Below are positions 27,350-38,361 of a DNA stretch of 64,000 nt, in pieces. Source of the DNA: Selaginella moellendorffii (taxonomy: Eukaryota; Plantae; Lycopodiophyta). The stretch is taken from NCBI RefSeq assembly GCF_000143415.4, contig NW_003314315.1:1323681-1387680 (forward strand), read 5' to 3'. Position 1 is the stretch's first letter. Every line of letters begins with the position of its first letter. The notes below the pieces were generated by a model. That model had not been told where the DNA came from. It did no database searches and saw only the letters and a list, made by a program, of their open reading frames with translations. Position numbers and translations under genes: made by a program.

Positions 27350-29245
27350 AGTATAAAAAATGGTACAAGTCAATTTTACCATCTACAATATTAGCGAATG
27401 GTGCTCCCGATGGTCGTTGAGAGGGTTTTGGTCGAGGAAACGTGAAGGGCGGAAATACTCTCCTTTGCAATGTGGGGTCAATCGCATCCGATGGCGTGTG
27501 GGCACATGCCATTTCAGCTGTAGACTCTGGTACAACTGGCTCAATAGTGGCATGGGGTGGTTCCGATGGCGTGTGATCACACGCCATTTCAGCTGGTGCC
27601 TCCGTTGGCAAAGTGGACATGACCGAACAGGCAGCAGAGACGGTGTAGGGAGGTTCCAACGGCGCGTAGTCAGACGATTGGGCACACGTTGAGTCCGTTG
27701 GAAATGAGGATACGACCGGCTCGGCGGCTGGGGCGGCCTCATGTGGGTCCAATGGCGCCTGGTCACCGTCAGTTGGATACGTGGACAAGATTGACTCAGT
27801 GGTATGGGCAGCATCAAGTGGAGCGTGGTCAGCTTGCTTGGCATTGATATGGATAGTAGCCTCCACCAGCTCTGATGACTCTTGCAGCCAAGTAGAGTCC
27901 ACTGGCGGATCCATATGCATGTCCAAATATCTCCCTTCGATTGAGATGGTATCCTCCCGTGCTACTAAAAACAAACTCATTAGCACATTGAATCGACTAT
28001 ACTGTATTTACCATCAACTGCTATTGAGGAACTAGGACCGATATCACTTGGGCGCACTGCTGATTCTGAAGGATTGGACATACGTTTCGACCCTTGCTTG
28101 GCACTATCCTTCCTCGACACTAAAGGCTAGAGTTTGTAAATTCAACTGAATAATCTCTACTTACCATTTGCTCTGCGACCTACATGGACAATGTTAGAAA
28201 TGGTAAAAGGTTAGGAATGGATGTACTATTATTTACCTGATGGTTTGTCTTGTATGACCTTCCTCCGCTGCTCTTTGGCCACCTCAGGCTGGCCATCGTC
28301 GTCATCATCGTCGTCGTCGTTATTGTGATCGTCACTATTGTGAGGACCATCCAAGTCCTCTTCGTCCTCCTCTTCTTCGTCCTCCTCTTCTTTGTCCTCC
28401 TCTTCGTCCTTCTGCTCTTCCTGCTCATTATCTTTCTCTGGCTCCTCATCCCCCTCCTGCATTTCTTCCATAGGCTGCTCAGGCTGGATGGCTTGTTCTT
28501 CCAGAACCATCTTGGGAAAATCATCTGGCCGAGTCTCCATCTCAAAATACAAGACATCCATAGCCTGTTTTAGTGCGTGACCTAGGACCGTATCCTCACC
28601 CGACTGTCTTAACATGGTTTCTGCACGTTCTTGCACCCTTCGAAGACGACGAGATGAGAAAAACGTGGCCCTGACTTGAAAAGCTTCCCTCATCCATTGT
28701 ACCTCTCCATTGAGATTGGGGAAGGAGAGTCCGCCATAGGAATCTGAGTCATGAGGTGGTGACTGCCTGCTTTCACTCAGCCCTTGATCTGCAATGAATG
28801 GCATGAGCACACACGCCATAACCGCGAGGCATTACCTATCATCTTTTCGTTGCCCTTCTTCCTTTTCGAATCAAACGCCTCTGATCTCGACGAATGTCCA
28901 ACGTGCTTTCGCTTTTTATGACCACTGTCAGTTTGAGCTTGGCTGGTGCTTGCCTGTTTTGCCTTTGAAGAAGTTTCTCCTGCAAGGAATGGCATGAGAC
29001 CACACGCCATTGCAAATATAATTTGTACCTCCTTTTTTCCTATTGCTTGTCTGTTTGTCCTTCTTTGATGCGCCACCAGTGCGCTTTTCAGTCCTCGTGT
29101 CTGAATATTCACAACGATCTATAATCAAAATGGCGTGAGGCCTCACGTGACCTTACCTTGTGCAGGTTGTGAGCTCGGCCCAACATGGGTATCTTCAACA
29201 GTAGCTGTTAACGCCGTTTCAGCATCTGGGGGTGGCCACGCTCCT
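27350..29245 (-). CDS. Cargo gene part 2: short exons encoding basic (NLS-like), strongly acidic and Pro/Ala-rich linkers
   Basis: GT..AG introns at about 29155-29101, 29027-28980, 28835-28789; KKRKH and KRKK motifs; poly-D/E tract 28300-28460. Confidence 0.5.
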
Positions 29246-29292
29246 GCATACAGAGCTTGTGAGATAACATTTAAACTTAAAGTGTGTACTCA

Positions 29293-31850
29293 CCAGGTTC
29301 GCAGAGAAGATACTGTTTTTCTTTGGCAACTGTAATTATATGCTCCATTGAAGTCACCTCTTCAATGGAGTTTGTCACCGCAACACACGGGACACCCTTG
29401 AGTAGTGCGGCTCGAAAGAATAGTCCGCCGCAGTTGTACTCGACAACGCATTTGCCCTTGGAGTCGGAAGTAGGTGACCCACCCGCTATTGCGTTGAAGA
29501 CCCAGCTGAGCATTTCCCATGCTGCACCTGGAGCTTTCTTTGGATTCGAAAGCTCCATAGCCGTCTTCAGTTCCTCAGGCACGGGTAAATTGACCTCCCT
29601 CAAATCAATTCGATTGGCCTTGTCGAACGAAGCTGGGAAGTCACTCCAGTCCCACTCTGCTGCAGGACCAATAACAAGGGCGAGTGTGAAGATGCGGACA
29701 TTCGTCGGTATCTTCTTCTTAGCCATTATCCCATGGATCTCCCGCATCTCCTTGCCTTTCAACCGAGCCTTCACCTCGTTCAAGGCCTTCTAGAACTTGT
29801 GATAGGATTCGGAGTCGTAGATCATATAGTGGACTGAAGATTCCACCTCCGCAAGTCCCACCATTAAGTCAATGATGGAGCTGACTTCGTCTGCATGAGT
29901 GATCTCCTCGTTTGTGAAGTCCATCACACAAAAGATGTTCTTGACCTACTCATCTCCGCGGGAAACGATGCTCCTCCACCTTTGATCCTCATCCGAATTC
30001 AATTATACCCGGTAAGGTTCTCGATAGGCCTCCGCTGCGGGGTCGAGCTGTTTCTGAAGCTGGCGGTCGACATCAATCTTAATGAAATTTGGATACTGAT
30101 CCAACTTCTCAGCTTTACTTTTCGTGGCATCCCGCAGCAGATCGATGAACTTGGGGGCCCCCTTCACGTACTCGTCGATGTCTTCATTTGACAAATCCAG
30201 TGCTTCCATCATCTCTTGCGTGGTGTCGATGCTCACCCTCTCCACGGCCACTTGCTCGAAGATCCAATCCTTCAATAGCGCACGAGCTCTCAGAGTCGTG
30301 CACAAGTCCTCGTATGTCACAATATGGCCGGGAGTCATTTTGGTCTTGTTGAAGACTACCTCACCACGTAGAAGAGCATTAGCCACTGTCAGAAGGTCGT
30401 CGTCGTCTAGAGACCGCGAGAAACGCAAGGCGTTGAGCTTCAAATCATTGGGCTTCCGGCCGTCCTCCACACCCATTGAGTTTGGCAACTCCCCGTCATG
30501 GTACCTCCTCAGCACATCTACCCATTTGTCAAAAACAACTTTTGTCGCGAGTAGAATGTTATGGATGCTGAGTGTGTCATTGACCCCCAGTGTTTTCGAG
30601 AGAAGACTCGAGAATTCCTGCAATGGAAATGGCGTGAGGCCACATGCTATGCCACATGCAACGAGGCTTACCTGCCAGGCGCTAGTTGCTAGTGCACGTC
30701 CTTGTCCTGGTTTTTGTGGCTTCTTCAGTTGAACCCAGAGCTTCCGTGTTCGTGCCAATGTCTCGTGCAGACCCGATTTGTAGCACGTTTCTTGCTTGAC
30801 ATTCTGCGCGTGGGAGATGTATATGATAGATCGGAGGGGCGAGTTGCCTTTTATCAGGCGGACAACTCTTGTCTTGAAGACTTTCTTCACCTCCTCGCCC
30901 ACCATAATATCCACAACTATCTCTTGCATCGCCAAGCTAGAATGCTGCCCGGAGACGGCATAGAACCGGATGTTCTGATCGTCCAACACCTTCCTATTGA
31001 TCAAGTCTGGAAACCTCGTCTTGCCCTTCATTGTTCGGTAGTAGGGGATCACGTCTGCGATGTCGGGTGTTACTGGACTTGCCAGCATCTTCTGCTTCAG
31101 TTTCTCCACCCACTCATCAGATACTAGCCTGTGGTTGTATTTGCTTTGGATGTCGATACGGCTCACGTCGATTGTATATACTTTGTTGGAATAGTAATAA
31201 GTACTATTATCTGCGACGATTTTTGCTGCCTCTTCTTGCTCTTTCTGCTCTTTGCGGCTCTTCTTTTTGGTGGGTGTAGTGTTCGAACCCGAGGCAATGG
31301 CATCACTGAGTAGCTTCTTTTTTGGAGCAGGAGAGTCGGACGTCGGCTTGAGCTTGACCACCCTTTTCTGCTCCGAGGTAGTTTCCAGATCGACCCCCTT
31401 CCCCTTTGCTTCGCGAACTGGAGTCACTCTCAACGGCTCAATGTTGGAATATAGTTTTTGAACATCGCCGTAGGTGAGGTCCGTGGATTCCATGTGATCT
31501 TCATAGACCCGCAGCGTCTTTGAAATTGTGGGCCTCCTGGACAACCTCTCCCTAGCTCGCTCTAGGAATTCCTCATAGCCGCTGCCCCCCTCCGGGAAGC
31601 CGCTAGGATGTGCAAGGTGGATCTTGAAGGCAGACGCTGTCTCTACCACAAGTGCCAGTCCATATTCTTGCATGGAACTGCATGGAGTGTCTGTCACTTG
31701 GATGAGGATCCCCATGCATTCTTTTCTCCCACCATCTGTGTTGTACAGCCTCAGATCCTCGCCTTCCATCCCGAAAGTCCAACTGGTGAGCTCCTCCTCC
31801 TTCTCTGCATCCACATTGACAGTGGCTGGAAGAAGAACGCAATTCCTCGC
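29293..31850 (-). pseudogene. Cargo gene part 1: ParB/Srx-like domain followed by a degenerate amino-methyltransferase-like domain
   Basis: YTIDVSRID...HRLVSDEWVEKLKQKM...FYAVSGQHSSLAM...YISHAQN; the same frame continues through three stops (30003, ~29946, ~29790) into WEMLSWVF...KCVVEYNCGGLFFRAALLKGVPCVAV; in-frame 54-nt intron about 30619-30672. Confidence 0.55.
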
Positions 31851-33285
31851 CTGTTCAGAAATGCACAACAATTAGAGCTGACAGATGAAAAGCTAGTAGC
31901 TGGAAATAACGTGAGGCCACACGCCATTCACCACTGCATCAGATGTCTTGAGGCTGCATCCTAAGATGGCGTGAGGCTACACGCCATCTGTAACCGGACT
32001 GCACTCAAGAGCCCAATCGGTGCATGCCAATGTTGCTACTGAATGGCATGTGGCCTCATGCCATTTTCTACTTGGCCTAAAAGACTTACCATTTGAGTAG
32101 AGTAGCCTTGCTGCTACGATCCGCTGCACACACAGTGCACATTCGCCAGCGAGTCCGGTTGTCACGCCTCCATTCGGCTTGGAGAGTGGCGCTGAAATCT
32201 CCCGGGACGCCAAGTGGGCTGCGTGTGGGTGGCAGAGTGGGCGGCGGAGTTGGTGGCGAAGTTACAAACTGGGTGTGTCTTGAAGTGGACGCCGATGCAC
32301 ACGAGCGCGATGCGAGCGCAAGTGTGATGCAAGCGCGAGTGGACGCCAATGCACACGAGAAACCTGTAGAGAAGTGGGGCGCGAGTGGGAGCGCGATGCG
32401 AGCGCGAGTACGAAGCAAAATGCAAAACCTAACCTCACACGCGCGAAATGTCACGACGGTTGGTAATCCCGCCACGTCATCATTCCTCGGACTTGGGCGC
32501 CACCATTAATTTCTGGATCGGCACGCGCATGCGTGAAATCCAAAAGAAATCCGCAACGTCATCATTCCTCGGACTGCATGCACGCGAAATCCAAAAGAAA
32601 GATCATGATTGGGATATCATTTAATACCCTCGCTATATTTATACCATGCATGATTGGATATTCCAAAGCATCTTGTATTTCCAAAAATGCCAGATGTTCA
32701 GCTAAATAAATTGTCAGAGGATTTGATGTGATGTTCAAGCGTGTGGGCTCATGCAATTTTGATCCCAAAAAATGCACCAAAAAATGCTCGGCGTCATCTG
32801 GCGTTATCTCTTGAATGGCGTGGGGCCGCATGCCATTTTCAGGAGCACATAGGAGTATATTCCTAGAATATTCTAACACGCGCGAGATTGTTTTGAGTTT
32901 CCTAGAGATCCAACCGTTAGATCGCAACTAGATTTTACAGAATGGTATACAATGTCCTTCTTGATGACCCTGCAAAGAAGCATCTCGATCGGACACCACA
33001 TGAGACCACACGAGCCTTACAATGTTTCAGGGGCATTTGCCATAGATCCGACCGTTATTTTGCTCCAAGATTCTACAGTTTGGTGTGCATTGACCTTTCC
33101 ATCGACACTGCAAAGGGACATCACAATCAGATGCGGGATCACAAGAAACCAACTTCACTAACTCTGGTTTCACCAAGATCTACGTAAGGAGTTATGAAAT
33201 GAAAGGACCCTCTCTATTGAAATGTGTTTATGGTCCTAGGGGCATTGTGACATATCAAAGGATTTTGCATCAAGCTACTGAATTG

Positions 33286-33318
33286 CTAAACCCTAAACCC
33301 TAAACCCTAACCCTAAAC
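33286..33318 (-). repeat. Short interstitial telomeric tract (CCCTAAA)n inside the transposon
   Basis: ctaaaccctaaaccctaaaccctaaccctaaac. Confidence 0.9.
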
Positions 33319-34603
33319 ATGTGGCAAATGCTGCGTGAAGAAAGATGCCCTTTCTGGGCAAATGCTGTAAGAGGCAGATTCCGAGCAGATGTATCTCAAG
33401 CTAGCGAAGGGGACAAACGAAAGCTAGCTATAAACATGACGGGATGCAAATAGATTATTAGGCTGGTCCTGCGAAAATCAAAAACCATAATTGAAAACAT
33501 TGAAAATGCAAAAAGAAAGGTTTATAATATTTTTGAATTTTAAGCAACCAAATGAATGTAAGTAGGGCATGTGTTTGTAAGTTTAAAAATGCCTCAACCA
33601 CTTAAATTCCCAAGTAAATAAAGCTGTTTCTATTTTTGGTACAGGTAAACTTTATAGCGTGTGGGCTCATGCAATTTTGAACCCAAAAATGCACCAAAAA
33701 ATGCTCGACTAACATTATTCTTTGAATGGCGTGTGGCCTTATATTGCCATAAATGGACGTACACACACAGCATAATTATTCCTTTACACGGCGAATAATC
33801 TTGGCGCGGATCGCTGACATGGCATGGCAAAGTTCGAATCACTGACATGGCACAGTTGGATTGAGGCAAGGACATGATGTGACAAAGTTCAACCTCCGAC
33901 AGCAAAGTCTAGAAGCTACTCAGTTTGAAATTTGTCAGAGGAATCATAAGATCTGGTTTGTCAGAGGATTTGATGTGACGTTCAAGCGTGTGTTATTTTT
34001 GAATTCTCGAACTCATTCCTAGGTCTATCATTTTTGTGCGCCGTGTTCTTGGTTCCGCTGAGCGCAGTGAGCGCTACTTGTGTAAGCGGCGTTGTGAGCT
34101 GTGGTTTATGCGTCTACAAGCGGTTGTGGCATTGCGAGCACCATTGCAAGCGGCAGTTTATGCGAGTGGCAGTTTGTGCGAGCGGCGCTACGAGCAGTTG
34201 CGGTGTTGCGAGCGGCACTACGAGTAGTTGCGGTGTTGCGAGCGGCACTGTCTTTGGTGTGGCTACCGCTTCCTCTTGATATTCGGCACTTGTGCTTCCT
34301 GGTATGTTCACCATGGAATGGTTTAGGACCACATTTAGAAATGGCATGAGGCCACATGCCATCTTGGGCCCTTGCAATTTCATGGCTAGCGTATTGTCAT
34401 GTATGTTTTTACTTGCCTGCAGCTGTGTGTATATCAAGATGGCATGAGGCCTCATGCCAATTTTGTGAATGCGAAATTTCACGTGGGTGTCAATAGCATG
34501 TTTGAATAATGGCATGTGGCCTCATGCTATTTGGTATGTTATGATTTAGGCCATTCTCCAATCATTTTTTGTATGGTCTTAACTTCTTTTCTGCATTTTC
34601 AGA

Positions 34604-37600
34604 ATGGCCTTCAGGGTTGGGGAAAAGGTTTACATTTTGAATGGTGGGAAGAGAGTTGCAAAAGGGACCCTTGTGTCTATGGATCGGAACTTTGTTATAC
34701 ACTATCAAAGGCTTGGGGAAGGCAATGCTGCTGTATCAGTAGAGACTGTCTTTGATGGGAATGTGGTCGCTATTGAACGAGGAGAGATGGTCGTCGGGGT
34801 AAATGTTGTTGTTGCCTTGAAAAATCTGCAGAAGAAAGCAGATGTTGGGGACAGCGCAAGTGCGACGCATGTTCCCTCCGTGAATCTTAAGAACCATGCT
34901 ACATGGATTCAGGCAAAGGTGTTTCTAAACAACCCCGAGGGGGAGGTGGTAGCTGAGGGCTTAGCCACAGTTGTCGATCCAAGAGATGCGGTTGCTAATC
35001 AAGAATTGGGCTGGGATGATATTGGAGTTGCGATTTTAGAGGTTGTTGACACAGAAGAAAACAGTCTGACTATTGGAAGCATTGTGCGGTGGAAATTGAC
35101 GCATTTAGTGTTTGAGAATGTGAAGGATTCACAATCAAACACCACTACAACTGATGACAGAACATCTCTTCATGGGAAAAGAAAGTACACCTTCCTACAG
35201 CGTAGCCAAAGGGATCTGAGCAACGAACCGAAAAGGCAGAAAATGGCGATGGAGGTTCGAATGGTCTCGACAGTTGCTTGTTGCAAGAGGAGGTGCTGTC
35301 AACATGCTGATTGGGATGCTATTGAAGAGGAGAGAGCAAGATACAAGACATTATCCTAGAAGGCAGCTCGCAATTTTGTGTATGAGGCATTACGGTCATC
35401 TGTTGATGCTTCAGAACATCAGGTGGGGGGCATGGTCTTCCAGAGGGGTTTGGTCTGCATGAAGGCATGGAGAATCATTTATGAAGTCCCTCGAAGCACA
35501 TTCTACAGAATCAAAACTAAGTTCGAGGAACAAAGGGTTCAACAGGCAGTCCATGGGAACGACGGTACGCACAAAACCAGGGGTCATGTTGTATATGGAG
35601 AGGCAATCTTCAAGAGGTTTGTCGAGACATGTAGCGAGCAGCAACCACATAAAACCCGCCTCTTGGAAGATGGAACACGAGACACCCAACGAGTTCTCCC
35701 TTCCATGTATACCAAGGGGGCCATATTGGAAGATGTGAATCAGGAACTCCAGAGTAATGGCTACAGGAAGCTGAGCCAATCTAGATTTAGTAGATTGTGG
35801 AGCAACAGGTTCAGGGATGTGAGTATAGGAAAGTACTCCAGCTTTTCAAAGTGTGACGAGTGCACTGCTATCAAAATGGCTTTGTCGAAGAATTCTTGCA
35901 GCGCTCAAGAGCGAGAGACATTGGTTAGAAGGCGGCTCGACCACAACATCGAGCAGAGAAGCTGCAGAACTGCATATTATCATAACAGGATTCTCTCCAT
36001 GGAGAGACCTGACTCTTACCTCTGCATCATCCACGACAAAATGGACCAGAAAAAGACGTGCTTACCTCGACTCAATCCTGCCCCCAAGGCAATCTCTTCA
36101 TCCATGCAGCTGCCTGTGTCTCTGTTTGGCATAATCGCTCATGGGCATGGTGCCCAGAACTATGGGAACTTCTTTGTACCTCTATGGGGTGGCGGGGGTG
36201 CAAACATGATGATTGCGTCCCTAGCAAAACACTTAAGGTCTCTGCAAAGTGCGCAGACTGAGCTGAACGGCCAACCCTTGCATAAGGCCCTTGTCGATCG
36301 AACCCCATACAGGGTTTAGCTGGAGGAGGAGCAAAGGCTTGCAGTATCGCGTGGGGCCCCATGCCATCCTAGTGAATATGTTGGCCGTCAGATTGTAGGG
36401 TTATCACGTGAGGCCTCATGCCATTCCGACGAGGCTGGTCGCCCGGTGAATGCACAGCCTCATCCAAACGAAGCAGAATCTCAAGGAAGTTCTTGCGGCC
36501 GATGTGGCCTTCCACCCCATCTTCTGCTCCAAACAGACAATGCTGGTAGTAAGAACAAAAACATGTACGTCTTCGCGTACTTGGCGATGCTTGTTGCCAA
36601 AGGCATATTTGAAACGGTTACACTTGGCTTTCTCATGGTTGGGCACACTCATGAAGACGTTGATGCCATGTTCAGTCACCTGGCAGAGTCCCTCCGGCGA
36701 TCCAATGTCCTCACCCTCCGACAACTCTACGATGAATTCCAAAATTGCATCAAAGGCACTGTTGAAGCTGCACTTGTGACAGAGGTTCCAGACTTTAAGG
36801 GGTTTGTAAGAGGCTACATCAGGGACGGATCCGAAACGCTGATTGGCCACTCCAAGCCTCTTCAGTTTCATTTCAGCATGCGTGACGGTGCTCCAGTGAT
36901 GAGGTACAAGATGAGAGAATGGGACACAATGTGGCTGCCAGTGGATGGCATTGAACTCTTCAAGAGAGATCCCATAACTGGGGAACCTATGATTCCTCAG
37001 GGTTCCCCACGGCCGATGCACCCGGATGGACTCAAAGACCAGGAAAGTATAGTGGCCGGGATTAGACAGCATATTGCCTTCTGGAAGAGGGGGTTGGTGT
37101 TTGGTGGAGAATCCTATTTTAAGAGGTGCAAGCCTTTGCTCGAATACTGGGAGAAGATTATATCTGCTATCCAAAATGGGCCGGTTGTATATGAAGAATT
37201 GGAAGAGTCCTTTTGGCCAGAACCCAGAGCACCAGATAGTAGCGGAACAATGTCCTCTGGAAATGCAGTGACAGATAACGATGTTAAGGATCACTATTGT
37301 GGGCCGAGGAACAAGAAGCCGGATTCAGCATTCAATCCAGTACAGGTCTGCAAAGGAATGGTCGTGCTTGTCAGACCCAGTAATAAAAAACAAATGATAT
37401 GGGTGGGGCGCTGCATCACTGATGCAGAGGAGGACGCGGAAACTAACTCTTTCAATGTAACTGTGGAGTGGTTCAAGCCAAGTTCCGGATATACGAAGGA
37501 TTGCCTAGAAAAGAGATGGGTGCTGAATCCAAGGGATCCCAGCATGAGCATATCGGTGGATAATGTTGTGCATGGTTGGATGCGGAAGCAGAGTGCCACC

Positions 37601-37672
37601 ATCACCTTGCCAGACCATGCAAGAGATGCAGCAAGAGCATTCATAACCCGGGTTCAAGGTGAGATTCATTAA
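34604..37672 (+). pseudogene. Sola1-like DDD transposase: one frame with two TAG stops (35357, 36317) and a phase-0 intron 36344-36433
   Basis: KCDEC, CIIHDKMDQKKT.LP, LLLQTDNAGSKNKN, FLMVGHTHEDVDAMFS; two N-terminal repeats resembling the Tnp1/En-Spm-associated domain (VA.G...LG.D..GV....IGSIVRW); C-terminal VLVRP...WVGR...VEWF BAH-like segment. Confidence 0.8.
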
Positions 37673-38361
37673 TATTCCTTTACTAAGTTTCTAATGTATT
37701 TTATTTCAAGGTGAACAATCCGAATCTGAATCAAAGGAGGCGTGATGGCATGTGGCCCTTTGCACTAGTATATCTTAATACCGGTCTAAGAAATAGAATG
37801 GCATGTGCCCTCAGGCCTTTTACTAAATCACCTTTGAAAGAAATGCAAGCCTCTATGTCGTAAAAAAAAGGTACTAGAGAAATTCCTTAATAATATGAAT
37901 GTTATTTAGTTTCATGAAAATACACTAAGGGTCAAATGAGTTAAATGACTTCTCCAGACTAGCAATGCCTCTTGCTACACCTTCACAATTAGATTCGTTA
38001 GAAAAAGATAACATTGAATAATATCTAAATGTTCTCACCATTAAGTTATATGTCTGGCTAATAGGAATGACGTTCATCTTGGAAAGCTCACCACACGCTC
38101 AATGAACAAACAAATAGTGTGTGCGCGCATGCCATCGCTCTTCTTTAGCTTCAGATTCGGCTTGTTCACCTTGACAATGAGATTTATTATACAACCAGAT
38201 GGACTCAGTCTAGACACAAAGTCACCGCACTAGTCACCATGCCCCAGATATGTCTAGCCCCTGGACAAAAAACATATAATTTCACGTCATTTTCAAATAC
38301 TTGAAAATTTGTACCTAGTCCCATTTTACTGAATAAATCCCACTTTAACGAAATAGAGCTT

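Larger units (their letters stand above)
26413..37820. repeat. Dispersed 22-bp palindrome ATGGCRTG-N6-CAYGCCAT, about 18 copies, confined to the DNA transposon
   Basis: Copies at about 26414, 27491, 27567, 28798, 28989, 29130, 30629, 31907, 31966, 32043, 32816, 33726, 34341, 34439, 34509, 36346, 36403, 37745, 37798. Confidence 0.85.
26028..38361. mobile_element. 12.3 kb cut-and-paste DNA transposon, Sola1-like, with cargo gene
   Basis: Perfect 24-bp TIRs AAGCTCTATTTCGTTAAAGTGGGA (26028-26051 / 38338-38361); 4-bp TSD ACAA (26024-26027, 38362-38365); empty site TCCACAAACTCA present in the sister gypsy at about 17441; internal DDD transposase. Confidence 0.92.

Noticed and set aside
29790-36319. 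Stops repaired by U-to-C RNA editing or readthrough
   Set aside because: Nuclear transposon; methylation-driven C-to-T mutation is the simpler explanation
26413-37820. Palindromic repeats as a CRISPR array
   Set aside because: Irregular spacing from tens of bases to kilobases, located in introns, no cas genes, eukaryotic context
38205-38361. Novel C-terminus on the 790-aa gag-pol ORF
   Set aside because: Read-through into the transposon TIR after the insertion point
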